Source of the DNA: an uncultured Candidatus Peribacteria bacterium
Lineage (GTDB): Bacteria > Patescibacteriota > Gracilibacteria > Peribacterales > Peribacteraceae
Assembly: GCA_964458645.1 (NCBI GenBank)
Contig: CAYWJU010000002.1
Location: forward strand, 67,033 to 131,032
Direction of reading: 5' to 3'
DNA length: 64,000 bases
The first letter of the stretch is position 1. Each line of letters starts with the position of its first letter. The position numbers and the translations under genes were made by a program. The notes under the pieces are model-generated. The model had not been told where the DNA came from and searched no databases. It saw only the letters and a program-made list of their open reading frames with translations. Positions 50,860-60,795 of this stretch are shown here, one piece after another.

Positions 50860-53817
50860 ATGAAGTCCTTCAATGCCGAATACGCCCGACTTAACCCCGA
50901 CCAACGCCGCGCGGTGGACACCGTCGAAGGCCCGGTCATGGTGGTGGCAGGTCCTGGCACCGGCAAAACACAGACCGTTGCCATGCGCGTTGCCAATATT
51001 CTCCAGAAGACGCAGGCCAAGCCCGGCAACATTCTGTGTCTTACCTTCAGCAACAGCGGTGCTACCGCCATGCGTGAGCGCTTGCGCAAACTCATTGGTC
51101 CGGATGCCTACGGCGTGCACGTGAATACCATCCACGGGTTTTGTAATGAAATCATTCTCCAAAACCCGCAGGTGTTCGAGCAATGGTCTGCACTGGAGCA
51201 AATCAGTGACGTTGAGCGCTATCGTGCCGTTCGGGGAATCATCGATGAAATGCTGCCCGACTTGGAGTTGGTGAATAAGAAAGATCCGCATCGTGGTATT
51301 TCCGACATTCTCAGCCGCATGAGTTTGTTCAAGCGCGAAGGGAAGGCTGACCCGGCCGAGCTTGCGCGCATAGCCGATGAAAACGATGCCGTTCTTTCGC
51401 AGCTCAGTCGCGAAGGCACCAAGGCGCATGAAAACAACTTGCGCAAAGCCCGTAAGTTCCGCGACCTAGTGCGCGTGTTCGTCCGCTATCAAGAAGTACT
51501 GAAAAAAACACAGCGCTACGACTATGACGACATGATCTTGGGAGTGATCCGCGCGCTCTCGGAAGAAGACTGGCTACTGGCCTCTCAGCAGGAGCGCTAT
51601 CTGTATCTGTTGGTCGATGAATTTCAGGATACCAACGGCGCGCAGTACAGACTCATTGAGTTACTCACGCAGCCGCGTACGCCCGAAGATAACCCCAACT
51701 TCTTCGTGGTCGGCGACGACGACCAGGCCATCTACCGGTTCCAGGGCGCCAACCTCACCAATATCTTGTCGTTCCATAAGCGCTTCCCAAAGGCGCCGAT
51801 CATCGTGCTGAAGACTAGTTACCGTTGCACGCAGCCTATTTTGGATGCCGCCAATGCGCTTATTTCCAATAATACCGAGCGGTTGGTCGGTCGTATCGAA
51901 GGCCTGGATAAAACCCTCACGTCGGCCTCGAGTCACAAAGTCATCAAGCCGGTACTGTTACTCAGCCCCAGCGACATGACCGAACCCTTCCTGATCGCCG
52001 ATCTCATCGACGATCGGTTGGCCGATGGCATGGTGCCGACCGAGATTGCAGTACTCACACAAACCAATGCCGAGTTGCGCCCCATCTACGACGTGCTCAC
52101 CGCGCGCGGTATTCCGGTGCAAATGACCGGCCGCATCGACTTGTTGTTACACCCCATGGTTCAGCAAATCATCGCCATCTTGAAGGCGATCCACAAGCCG
52201 ACGGACAGCGGATTACTGGGTGCTGCCATGGCCTGCGAATGTTTCGGCTGCCATCCGGCCGATTTGGGCCGCATCTTCGAAAGCCAGCGCAACGAGAAGG
52301 CAGGCTTGCAGGAAGTGCTTTTGCAATTCGGGCCGAAGAAGACCAATGATCCGGTCGAGCTGAATGATCGCGAGCAGGTGCTGAAGACGCGTGACGTGCT
52401 TCTTGATTTGCATCAGAAACTGGGGAGTCGCACCGTGCTCGAGACGCTCGAACATGCGCTCAAAGAGAGTGTGCTGCTGACAATTGCCACCGTCGGCGGC
52501 AAGTCGGTGGACCCGCTGGATTACGCCGCCATTCAGGAATTTTTTGACCGCGTGAAGTACCGTTGTTACGAATCGCCGCAGTTCAGCTTCGAGTCATTCT
52601 TAGATGATCTAACCATGTACGGCGACCCGGATTACGGCGACCTGCGCTTGAGTTACGACTTGCCGCATCTTACCGATGCAGGCGTCCAGCTCATGACCGC
52701 GCACCGCAGCAAGGGTCTTGAATTCGAGACCGTCATTCTTTCGAATTTCCGCGACCGCCACTGGAACAACCGCATGAGTCATGCCGGCATCTCGGTACCC
52801 GAGGATTTGCTGTTCGGTTGGGAGAAAGAACAAAAGTCATTCGAGAAAGGCCAAGATGAGCGCCGCGTGGCATTCGTGGCCATGACGCGTGCCAAGCAGG
52901 AGTTGCTGTTCACCTGTGCCAAGCAACTTACCTCTGGCGATCGTAATAAGGCCGTGAGTCCGTCGTCGTTCTTCGCCGAATCGGGCGAATTGCCGGAGCA
53001 GGAAAAAGAGCTGAAGAACCCCGAGCAGGCGGTCAGCTTATTGCTCAAGCCGCCGCGACACATCGATGCCGAGTTCGCCGCATTTCTGAAGCATCGCCTG
53101 AAAGACTACGCGCTGTCTGTGACCGCGTTGAATCACTTCTTGGAAGATCCGCAGTTGTTCCTGGAGCGCGACTTGTTGCAAGTGCCGCAATCCAAGCAGT
53201 CCAGCTTGGTGTATGGCAATGCAGTACACGACGCGCTGAAGCAATGGTCCATGCGAACCAAATCGGGCAAGCCTATGACCGACAGTGAGTTCCTGGAAGC
53301 ATTCCGTACCTACTTGAATGAACGCGAGGTCCTTACCGATGCCGAACGCAGCCGTCTGACCAGGCTTGGCGAGGAATCGCTGCCACGCTATTTCGAGCAG
53401 CGGTTGGCGGGCACATTTCCGACCATTGCGTACGTCGAGCATTCCATTTCCACGCATCTGGGCGATATTCCCATCAAAGGAAAATTGGACCGTATCGATC
53501 TGGAGAATCCTGCTTCGGCCAATGCCATGGTACTCGACTTTAAGACAGGCCGCCCCAAGACCGAGGCGCAGATCCTGGAAGGGGATTACTTCCGCCAGCT
53601 TGTCTTCTATGCCCTGCTTCTGCAGCACGGAATGCCGCATCTGACGCCGATTGCCTTCACGCTGGATTTCATCGGCGAAGCTGCCGAGCATCCGGTTGAA
53701 CGCACCTTTCAGGTGACAACCGCGCAGAAGCTTGAGCTTGCGAAAGTGGTGAAGGCGGTCTGGAAGAAAATCAACGCACTCGACTTTACCCCGCTCGAAG
53801 CGAAGGATTTGGAATAG
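50860..53817 (+). CDS. UvrD/PcrA-family helicase fused to a C-terminal PD-(D/E)XK nuclease domain
   Basis: VVAGPGTGKTQT, LLVDEFQDTN, VVGDDDQAIYRFQGA, TAHRSKGLEF, VAMTRAK. C-terminal GKLDRIDL...VLDFKTG...YFRQLVFYALLL. Confidence 0.9.
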   Translation: MKSFNAEYARLNPDQRRAVDTVEGPVMVVAGPGTGKTQTVAMRVANILQKTQAKPGNILCLTFSNSGATAMRERLRKLIGPDAYGVHVNTIHGFCNEIILQNPQVFEQWSALEQISDVERYRAVRGIIDEMLPDLELVNKKDPHRGISDILSRMSLFKREGKADPAELARIADENDAVLSQLSREGTKAHENNLRKARKFRDLVRVFVRYQEVLKKTQRYDYDDMILGVIRALSEEDWLLASQQERYLYLLVDEFQDTNGAQYRLIELLTQPRTPEDNPNFFVVGDDDQAIYRFQGANLTNILSFHKRFPKAPIIVLKTSYRCTQPILDAANALISNNTERLVGRIEGLDKTLTSASSHKVIKPVLLLSPSDMTEPFLIADLIDDRLADGMVPTEIAVLTQTNAELRPIYDVLTARGIPVQMTGRIDLLLHPMVQQIIAILKAIHKPTDSGLLGAAMACECFGCHPADLGRIFESQRNEKAGLQEVLLQFGPKKTNDPVELNDREQVLKTRDVLLDLHQKLGSRTVLETLEHALKESVLLTIATVGGKSVDPLDYAAIQEFFDRVKYRCYESPQFSFESFLDDLTMYGDPDYGDLRLSYDLPHLTDAGVQLMTAHRSKGLEFETVILSNFRDRHWNNRMSHAGISVPEDLLFGWEKEQKSFEKGQDERRVAFVAMTRAKQELLFTCAKQLTSGDRNKAVSPSSFFAESGELPEQEKELKNPEQAVSLLLKPPRHIDAEFAAFLKHRLKDYALSVTALNHFLEDPQLFLERDLLQVPQSKQSSLVYGNAVHDALKQWSMRTKSGKPMTDSEFLEAFRTYLNEREVLTDAERSRLTRLGEESLPRYFEQRLAGTFPTIAYVEHSISTHLGDIPIKGKLDRIDLENPASANAMVLDFKTGRPKTEAQILEGDYFRQLVFYALLLQHGMPHLTPIAFTLDFIGEAAEHPVERTFQVTTAQKLELAKVVKAVWKKINALDFTPLEAKDLE

Positions 53818-53941
53818 TTTTCTATCCATCGTAGTACGGAGAAAGAAACACCTTTGACATGCAACAAACAAAATCGGCTGAGACGGTTGCGCAAAGTCAA
53901 TCGTGTCGGCATCAGTTGATTGCAAAGATTTGCGTTCTGCC

Positions 53942-53947
53942 TACAAT
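53942..53947 (+). promoter_or_regulatory. -10 box TACAAT, 6 nt upstream of ATG 53954
   Basis: TTGCAA-N16-TACAAT arrangement. Confidence 0.5.
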
Positions 53948-53953
53948 CCACCC

Positions 53954-54889
53954 ATGGCGGCTCCCGTTGTGCCGGCACGACTCTCCGATCTGGAGTTTCT
54001 GAGCGCCTACGATGAGTACGCCCGCCTGCGTGGTCCTCTCGATCCAAAAGAGCATCCCAAGTGTGCTGCAGTGTCCAAGGCGGTGAAGCGACGCATTATT
54101 GAGGCGATGATGGTGAACTGGGCATTCGGTGGCCCCATTAAGTCCAGCATGACCCCGGCGGTCAGCGCAGGTCTGGGTTTACTTGTTTCGCGTTCGCCCT
54201 ACGGCGGCTTGGTTGGAACCGCACTCGGCGCCGGTGTGTCCTGCCTGGGTCCCATGTACACCAAGTGGCACTTGAGTGCATACGCTGAAAGTGACCCCGA
54301 TTGCACGCTGGAATCCATGGCCGAATGCTGGAAGGCACTGAATGCTGGCCAGGGTGACGGCTGGGACGTTCGAAAACAGCGAGTAGAGCCCAGCCTGGGT
54401 TCGGTCCCCAATGGCTTACGGCGATGGATGGGCATTGCATTCATCTACGTCCAAAGCAGCACCTCGCTGCGGCGACTCTTCAGCGATGTGTATACCGATT
54501 CACTTACCGCTTCACCTGCGTTGCAAGGAAAAGTACATGAAGGCAAAGACATGTTGTTGCATGAACGCGAACGTGAGGTGAGACTGAAGGAAGATGAGCT
54601 GTCCAGTTTGCGAGCGAAGGTAGATGAGCAGGCGGCTGTCATCAAAGGCCTGCAAGAGAACGGCGCATATGGTGATGAAGCTGCCAAAGGCACCGACGGT
54701 CGTTTGGGCGCAGTAGAAGAAACAGTCGCCCGGATCCTGCACGGACTAGGGCCCTTGCTCAGCCATTTAGCTGCCGACGAAAGCGCTGATGTTACAGTGG
54801 TCCAGTTACATGTGCAGTCCCGACGGGTCATTGGTGTAGTGCCAGTGAAGCCCAACCCAGGCAGTCACGAGGGTTCCACTGCAACGTAA
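53954..54889 (+). CDS. Hypothetical protein (Gly-rich hydrophobic segment plus coiled coil)
   Basis: 311-aa ORF. AGLGLLVSRSPYGGLVGTALGAGVSCLG, and a heptad-like EREVRLKEDELSSLRAKVDEQ. Confidence 0.55.
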   Translation: MAAPVVPARLSDLEFLSAYDEYARLRGPLDPKEHPKCAAVSKAVKRRIIEAMMVNWAFGGPIKSSMTPAVSAGLGLLVSRSPYGGLVGTALGAGVSCLGPMYTKWHLSAYAESDPDCTLESMAECWKALNAGQGDGWDVRKQRVEPSLGSVPNGLRRWMGIAFIYVQSSTSLRRLFSDVYTDSLTASPALQGKVHEGKDMLLHEREREVRLKEDELSSLRAKVDEQAAVIKGLQENGAYGDEAAKGTDGRLGAVEETVARILHGLGPLLSHLAADESADVTVVQLHVQSRRVIGVVPVKPNPGSHEGSTAT

Positions 54890-54970
54890 CAGAAAAATGG
54901 TAGGTATTTTGTAATCTCTTACACTATTTCAGCCCTATATTAAGAGAAAAATACTGATCTTCTTTTGTGT

Positions 54971-55561
54971 TCAATTATTCGTCAAAAATTCACGAAACAG
55001 TGCCAATGCTCTCCCTCTATGACTTGTACTATTTTTTTGTTCGACTTTCATGGCTGAGTATACGACTGAATAGCCATCTGGCCTGAAGCATGCAGATATA
55101 GGTAAGCCCGGTAAGAAGCCAGCTTCTAGTGTTTCGGTGATTACGCCGGAGCAAGCACCGTTAAAGATGTGTTCTTCGCCCTTTGGGTCGATATAGGCAA
55201 TGCAGCAAACGAATGTAGCCTTCTTATTCTTCTCACTTGCCATGCGCTGTAGAAAATATTCTATCCATTCCTTGTCCGTGGCTTGAGGACCGGCTCCCCA
55301 ACGCCTGGTAGCAATGCCCAGTTCGCCAGCGAGAGCGTCCACGACAATGCCGGAGTCATCTGCCATTGTGGGAAGCTTAGAAAGCTCATGGAAATGGCGT
55401 GCTTTGATGAGCGCATTCTCTTTGAATGTTGTTCCGTGTTCGTGGGGTTCGGACTGTATGCCAATGTCGCTGGGTCCGACCAATTCAATGGGTAGGCCTG
55501 AAAGTGATTCGCGAATTTCGATCAACTTTCCTTTGTTGTTGGTACCGGCGAGCAGGCGCAT
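54971..55561 (-). CDS. rdgB: Non-canonical purine NTP pyrophosphatase (RdgB/HAM1)
   Basis: LLAGTNNKGKLIE...ENALIKA...MADDSGIVVDAL...STSHRGRAL. The start was trimmed to ATG 55561. Confidence 0.9.
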   Translation of the reverse strand: MRLLAGTNNKGKLIEIRESLSGLPIELVGPSDIGIQSEPHEHGTTFKENALIKARHFHELSKLPTMADDSGIVVDALAGELGIATRRWGAGPQATDKEWIEYFLQRMASEKNKKATFVCCIAYIDPKGEEHIFNGACSGVITETLEAGFLPGLPISACFRPDGYSVVYSAMKVEQKNSTSHRGRALALFREFLTNN

Positions 55562-55575
55562 GCCGAGAGTGTACC

Positions 55576-56184
55576 TCAGGCATTCCGGGGTGCTAGTTCT
55601 GCCCGCAATTCTCCGACAAGAGGCCCGAAAAGCCGCTGGACGTCCGCTTCCACCCTGCGGATGGATTGATCGACGCGTTCGGCCAGCAGTACCGCGTGCC
55701 ATTCAGGTCTTTTGTGCTCCATCTTCGCCGCGCCTTGGGAAATCTTCAGCATCGTGATCTCATGGAGTTCCTCGCGCGATCGAGGCTCTGTTCCTTGCGT
55801 GCGGCCGACGTGGGCTTCGTTCTCTTCGTATGCTGCTTGAACAAAATCATCAGAAAGCTCGAGCACGTTGTTGCCGCCCCGGTACACGCACCAAGCTCGG
55901 TGATGCAACCACGAGAGCAATTCGTCATGAGTGACATCCGCGTAGGGTGCCGGATGTATGGCCAGCACGATGCCGAGCAGGCGCTCAAGTTCATTGCGTA
56001 ACGCCGCTTGGATATCCAGCTCGAAATAGGCGATGCGATCCAGAAAGCGAGCACGCACGGCGTCTTCGGCCGGGTGTACTTCCTGCATTTCAATCGAAGC
56101 GGCGCCGGAGGCTTTGAGCGTGCGTATGACTACCGAGGATAGAGAGTCCTCTGCACGCTGCAATCGCGCCGAGAAGTGGTTCAT
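55576..56184 (-). CDS. Hypothetical protein
   Basis: 202-aa ORF ending 14 nt upstream of rdgB. No motif recognised. Confidence 0.5.
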   Translation of the reverse strand: MNHFSARLQRAEDSLSSVVIRTLKASGAASIEMQEVHPAEDAVRARFLDRIAYFELDIQAALRNELERLLGIVLAIHPAPYADVTHDELLSWLHHRAWCVYRGGNNVLELSDDFVQAAYEENEAHVGRTQGTEPRSREELHEITMLKISQGAAKMEHKRPEWHAVLLAERVDQSIRRVEADVQRLFGPLVGELRAELAPRNA

Positions 56185-56251
56185 GTTGTGTTAGCAAAAA
56201 CGGCTGCCATTCGGCGAAAGAATCAGATCCTACGCGTTGCAAAGAAGGGGC

Positions 56252-58483
56252 TCAAACCGTTGCGTCCTCGGACACGAAGATCTTGCGCGCCTTGGCGCCG
56301 TCGGCGGGGCCGATAAGGCCCTTCTCTTCCATGATGTCGAGCAGGCGGGCGGCACGCGCGTAGCCCACCTTCAACTGGCGCTGAAGCAAGCTGGCCGAGG
56401 CCTTCTTGGAGGCCTGCACCACGCGCACGGCATCGAAGAAGAGGTCGTCGCCGCCGTTATCGTCGGCATCCAAATCAATGCTGGCCGTACCCTGTCCGGT
56501 GTTACTGGCATTATCGTCGCCGTTGCCCAGTGTAATCTCCTCTGTCAGCACGCCACCACCGGCTACCTTCACCGCGTTGATGACGCGTTCCACCTCCTTG
56601 GTGGAGACATAGATGCCCTGAATGCGTACGGGGTTCGGCGTTGCGGCCGTCATGTACAGCATGTCGCCTTTGCCGAGCAGGTCTTCTGCACCGATGGAAT
56701 CCAGAATGGTGCGCGAGTCGATGGCACTGACCACGCGGAACGCGATGCGGGTGGGGATGTTGGCTTTAATGAGACCGGTGATGACGTCCACGCTGGGGCG
56801 CTGCGTGGCGATAATAAGGTGCATGCCGACGGCGCGAGCCATTTGGGCGATGCGGGCGATCATGGTTTCGGTGTCTTTGCGGTGCTGGCGCATCATCAGG
56901 TCGGCCAGCTCGTCGATGACAATGACGATGCGCGGCAGGATTTTCTCTTCGTCTTGCTGCTTTTCATTGAATTCAGCCAGATTACGCACGCCGGCTTCCG
57001 AGAAGCGGTGCAGACGGCGGCCCATTTCGGCGATTGCCCAACGCAATGCCTGAAGAGCTTTGTCCGACTCCGTGATGACCGGCGTGAGCAAATGAGGGAT
57101 GCCGTTGTACGGCATGAGCTCAACGCGCTTGGGGTCGATGAGGATGAACTTCAGTTCATGCGGTGCGTTCTGGAACAAGAGCGAAATCAAGAACGTGTTC
57201 ATACACACCGACTTACCGGCACCGGTTGCGCCGGCAATGAGCAAGTGCGGCATGTCCTCAATGGTTGCAACGACTGCATCACCCGAGACTCCGCGTCCCA
57301 AGGGAATGGTAAGAGGGGAGTCCGACTGGCGGAACGACGTGCTTTCCAGGAGCTCGCGCAAGTACACCGTGGAGCGAATGGCATTCGGCATTTCGATGCC
57401 GACCAAAGCCTTGCCCGGAATCGGTGCTTCGATGCGCAGGCTCTGTGCGGCAAGCGCCAGGGCCAAGTCATCTTTCAAGCTTTCGATCTTGCTCAACTTC
57501 ACGCCCTCGGACGGCTGCAGCGTGAACTGGGTGACGGTTGGACCCGGGTGCGCGTCCTTCATGGTCACGGCGATGTCGAACTCGGAGAGCTTCTGTTGAA
57601 TGAGGACTGCCTGTGACTTCAGGTCTTCGTCTTTCACCGTGAGTTCGCTGTGCTTGCCTTCCAGCAGTTCGAGTTCTGGAAATTTCCACTCCTCGAAGCG
57701 CGTGTCCTTCATTTCAATCATGCCGTTGGTTTTGGCTTTGGCGACGGGTTTCTTGGGTGCTTCATCTTCTTCTATTTTGCGTTCGGCGAACGCCGGGCGG
57801 ACGATGTTCAAATCAGGAATGACAGGCTCTTCTTCGTCTTCCTGCTGATCCAGCTTTGCGCCGCGCTCAATAAGATCCGCATCGTCCATTTCTTCTTCTT
57901 GTTCCGCCACGGCTTCGCGCTGGCGAATAACCTTCTTGCTGCTTTCCTCCGGCTTCAATTGGCGAAGAATGGCAGGAATGTCAGGCTCGAACGTAATGAA
58001 CAAACCGGCAATGAATCCAATGGAAAGCACCACGTAGCCGACTTGTGCACTAAGGAATGTAATGAACGGGAATGCCGCCATGAAGCCCACCGCGCCGGCA
58101 ACGGTGTCCAATTCATTGGCGATGGTTCCGGTGACGGGCGTGTGCAGGTGAATAAGGCCTAGGAACGCGAAGAGCGACAACGCCGGACCCCAGGTGCGCT
58201 TGGCTTCCACTTTGGGGCCGCTGGCGAAGAGCAGCAAGGTGCCTAAGACAATCAGGAACATGGGGAACAACATGCTCCAATCCCCGAACAATACTTTCAG
58301 CCCGCGTCCAATGGCGCCGCCCAGTGAGCCAGCGCTGTCCTGTAATGCGAGCAGCAGGACAATGCCCACTCCCACGAATACAATCGCCCGGAGTTGGCGA
58401 CGAGTGTGGTCTTGCAGCTCCATGCTCTTGTCTTTTCGGCTCCTGCGTCGCTTGATGGTGGTTTTGCGTCGGACCTTCGGCAT
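56252..58483 (-). CDS. ftsK: DNA translocase FtsK
   Basis: N-terminal TM helices. HLLIAGATGAGKSVCMN, IVIVIDELADLMM, IIATQRPSVDVITG, and a C-terminal winged-helix gamma domain LLQRQLKVGYARAARLLDIMEEKG. Confidence 0.95.
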   Translation of the reverse strand: MPKVRRKTTIKRRRSRKDKSMELQDHTRRQLRAIVFVGVGIVLLLALQDSAGSLGGAIGRGLKVLFGDWSMLFPMFLIVLGTLLLFASGPKVEAKRTWGPALSLFAFLGLIHLHTPVTGTIANELDTVAGAVGFMAAFPFITFLSAQVGYVVLSIGFIAGLFITFEPDIPAILRQLKPEESSKKVIRQREAVAEQEEEMDDADLIERGAKLDQQEDEEEPVIPDLNIVRPAFAERKIEEDEAPKKPVAKAKTNGMIEMKDTRFEEWKFPELELLEGKHSELTVKDEDLKSQAVLIQQKLSEFDIAVTMKDAHPGPTVTQFTLQPSEGVKLSKIESLKDDLALALAAQSLRIEAPIPGKALVGIEMPNAIRSTVYLRELLESTSFRQSDSPLTIPLGRGVSGDAVVATIEDMPHLLIAGATGAGKSVCMNTFLISLLFQNAPHELKFILIDPKRVELMPYNGIPHLLTPVITESDKALQALRWAIAEMGRRLHRFSEAGVRNLAEFNEKQQDEEKILPRIVIVIDELADLMMRQHRKDTETMIARIAQMARAVGMHLIIATQRPSVDVITGLIKANIPTRIAFRVVSAIDSRTILDSIGAEDLLGKGDMLYMTAATPNPVRIQGIYVSTKEVERVINAVKVAGGGVLTEEITLGNGDDNASNTGQGTASIDLDADDNGGDDLFFDAVRVVQASKKASASLLQRQLKVGYARAARLLDIMEEKGLIGPADGAKARKIFVSEDATV

Positions 58484-58490
58484 GGCAGTG

Positions 58491-58496
58491 ATTCTA
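58491..58496 (-). promoter_or_regulatory. -10 box TAGAAT, 7 nt upstream of ftsK ATG 58483
   Basis: Minus-strand sequence gcTGTAGAATcactgccATG. Confidence 0.5.
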
Positions 58497-58529
58497 CAGC
58501 AAAATGTGATGCCGTCACACTAGGAAAAA

Positions 58530-58558
58530 GGAGTCCAGGGACGCCGGGGAGTCCGGAG
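58530..58558. repeat. GGANTCC-unit array (locus 7) upstream of the ftsK promoter
   Basis: GAGTC at 58531 and 58549, 18 bp apart. Confidence 0.55.
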
Positions 58559-58616
58559 ATGGGTAAGCCATGGTTTCGACAATCTCTGGCGCCTCTGACT
58601 TCGCTGGCTTCCCTGT

Positions 58617-59324
58617 TTAGAGTTTCGGCAACCTGTACTCCTTTAACGCTTTCCGTTCCAGCGCATAGCCCGGCATGGCAGCTTCCACTGTTGCCCAGAA
58701 GCGCGCTGAGTGGTTGGGGTGCTGGATATGCGCCAACTCATGGACGATGACGTAGTGCAGTGTGGTACGCGGCGTGAACAAGAGTGCTGCATTCAGCATA
58801 ATCGTTCCGTCCCCGGAGCAACTGCCCCATTTGGATCTGGCAAATCGGAGTTTTACGTCGCGCACATTCAGTGCCAGCGTATCTTGGTTAATGGCATCGA
58901 TGAGCGCGACCATTTCCCGGTATTCGCTCATGCTGATGCAGTGCCATAGTTGGCGGTGTAGCTGAGTTTTCGAAAGCAGTCTTGGCACGGTCAGGGTCCA
59001 GCCGTTGGGCGTATTTTCCGCGCGGAAGCGGTTACCGTCTGTCAGCGTAAAACGGTAGACGCGACCGGAAGAAACGGTGACGTCGACTTCCTGTTGTTCG
59101 GCATTCAGTAACTGCCTGAATGGATCAACCAGCGTCTTTTGCTGCATGCGCAAAAATGCCTTGCTGATACGCCCGAGTAAATTTTCAATATGGCGTTGCT
59201 CTTCTGCCGCACTGAGTCCGCGTGCCAGTCGAATGATAATGGCTTCGTCGGTGCAAATGCCGCGAGAGCAGCGATTGCGCGTTCGTTCGACCCGATAGGG
59301 GAGCGGACTGTCGTTCATAGACGG
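58617..59324 (-). CDS. DUF45/YgjP-like (M48-related) zinc metallohydrolase
   Basis: HYVIVHELAHIQHPNHSARFW (HExxH). The ORF-track start at 59369 is GTG and lies 2 nt from a -10-like box, so ATG 59324 is preferred. Confidence 0.75.
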   Translation of the reverse strand, partial: PSMNDSPLPYRVERTRNRCSRGICTDEAIIIRLARGLSAAEEQRHIENLLGRISKAFLRMQQKTLVDPFRQLLNAEQQEVDVTVSSGRVYRFTLTDGNRFRAENTPNGWTLTVPRLLSKTQLHRQLWHCISMSEYREMVALIDAINQDTLALNVRDVKLRFARSKWGSCSGDGTIMLNAALLFTPRTTLHYVIVHELAHIQHPNHSARFWATVEAAMPGYALERKALKEYRLPKL

Positions 59325-59375
59325 CATGGATCCTAACGATACCGTGTCCGATTGGGAATCCTGGCGCACTCATTC

Positions 59376-59381
59376 TACAAT
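59376..59381 (+). promoter_or_regulatory. -10 box TACAAT, 6 nt upstream of ATG 59388
   Basis: Sequence match. It overlaps the minus-strand TAGAAT at 59372-59377. Confidence 0.45.
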
Positions 59382-59387
59382 GGTTTC

Positions 59388-60218
59388 ATGCAGACCATCG
59401 TCATCTTCGGCGGAAAGGGGTTTATTGGAACGCATTTAAAGGCCGTGTATCCGCAAGCGCATTTGCCATCAACCGACATTGCAGATGCCGTAGCCGTGGC
59501 AGCAATTCTGGATGAACTGAAGCCGGATATCGTCATCAACGCCGCCGGCAAGACCGGGCGTCCGAATGTGGATTGGTGCGAAGAGCACAAAATGGAGACC
59601 ATTCGGAGTAACGTCACCGGACCGTTGGTCTTACTCGACGAGTGCTCGAAGCGTGGCATCTACTGGGTCCACGTTGGCTCCGGCTGCATTTATGAGGGCG
59701 AAAAAGGCGGCTCCGGCTTTACCGAAGAAGATCCGCCGAATTTTTACGGAAGTTTCTATGCTCGATCCAAGTTGTGGTCCGATCAACTGCTGAAGGACTT
59801 CCCAGTGTTGCAACTGCGTTTGCGGATGCCGTTCGACGGTACGGATCACCCGCGCAGCCTGATCTGCAAAGTACGGAAATATTCAAAAGTGCTGGATGTT
59901 CGCAATTCGCTTACCTACATCCCGGATTTCATTGCCGCCACGCAAGCGCTGATCGCCAAGCGCAAGACCGGCATTTACAACATGGTGAACCCTGGCGCCA
60001 TTTCACCGTATGAAATGATGGTTCGGTACAAGAACATTGTCGACCCCTCCCATGTTTTCACGCGCATTTCGCAGGACGATTTATTAACCGTTACCAAGAC
60101 CGGCCGAAGCAATTGCGTCCTGAGCACCGCCAAGATCGAAGCGGAAGGCATCGGTTTCCGTTCGCTGGATGAAGCCGTAGAGCAGGCCATGCAATCGCTG
60201 AAGGCGCTGAACCGTTAA
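59388..60218 (+). CDS. NAD(P)-dependent sugar-nucleotide epimerase/reductase (RmlD / NRS-ER-like SDR)
   Basis: Rossmann IFGGKGFIGTHL and catalytic YARSK (YxxxK). Confidence 0.75.
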   Translation: MQTIVIFGGKGFIGTHLKAVYPQAHLPSTDIADAVAVAAILDELKPDIVINAAGKTGRPNVDWCEEHKMETIRSNVTGPLVLLDECSKRGIYWVHVGSGCIYEGEKGGSGFTEEDPPNFYGSFYARSKLWSDQLLKDFPVLQLRLRMPFDGTDHPRSLICKVRKYSKVLDVRNSLTYIPDFIAATQALIAKRKTGIYNMVNPGAISPYEMMVRYKNIVDPSHVFTRISQDDLLTVTKTGRSNCVLSTAKIEAEGIGFRSLDEAVEQAMQSLKALNR

Positions 60219-60287
60219 CCGAAGTGTCCTCCTGCGCTGAAAGAATACGCCTCGAAGAACGTCCATTGTATCGGCGGTCTTTGACAC

Positions 60288-60317
60288 TTGACCCAAAGGA
60301 ATATTCGGTAATATACT
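60288..60317 (+). promoter_or_regulatory. Promoter TTGACC-N18-TATACT upstream of the MarR gene
   Basis: Sequence match. A direct TTGACAC/TTGACCC repeat overlaps the -35 and is a possible operator. Confidence 0.45.
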
Positions 60318-60347
60318 TTGCTACCCTAATCATTTACTTCACTTACG

Positions 60348-60791
60348 ATGAGCGCCACTACAGATGATCTCATCGACTTGGTGTTCAGCTTCAGTCGTAT
60401 CATGCATCGAAAGATGGCAGAAGGTCCGCTTGATGAGCACTGCGTGAAGAATTGGTTGCAAATGCATGCGCTGTGCGTCATTCAGGAGCGTGCGGGAATC
60501 ACGATGAAAGATTTGGCCGGCATCCTGATGATTACCGCCCCTACTGCCACCACGTTCGTTGGTCGCTTGGTGCGACTTGGGTGTATCCAGCGCCTGGCCG
60601 ACGAGAACAACCGTAAGTTGGTACGTTTGCGCATTACGCCGAAGGGTCGCAAACTCATGCGCGAAACCATGCAGCGTCACACGATCCTTCTGAAGTCGAT
60701 CCTCAACCCCCTGACCACGAAAGACCAGCAAGACATGACTCGTATCTATAGAAAACTGATCGACGCCCACTCATCTTCTTCCTCCCTGTAG
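60348..60791 (+). CDS. MarR-family transcriptional regulator
   Basis: Winged-helix pattern ITMKDLAGILMITAPTATTFVGRLVRLGCIQRLADENNRKLVRLRITPKG. Confidence 0.85.
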   Translation: MSATTDDLIDLVFSFSRIMHRKMAEGPLDEHCVKNWLQMHALCVIQERAGITMKDLAGILMITAPTATTFVGRLVRLGCIQRLADENNRKLVRLRITPKGRKLMRETMQRHTILLKSILNPLTTKDQQDMTRIYRKLIDAHSSSSSL

Positions 60792-60795
60792 CCCG

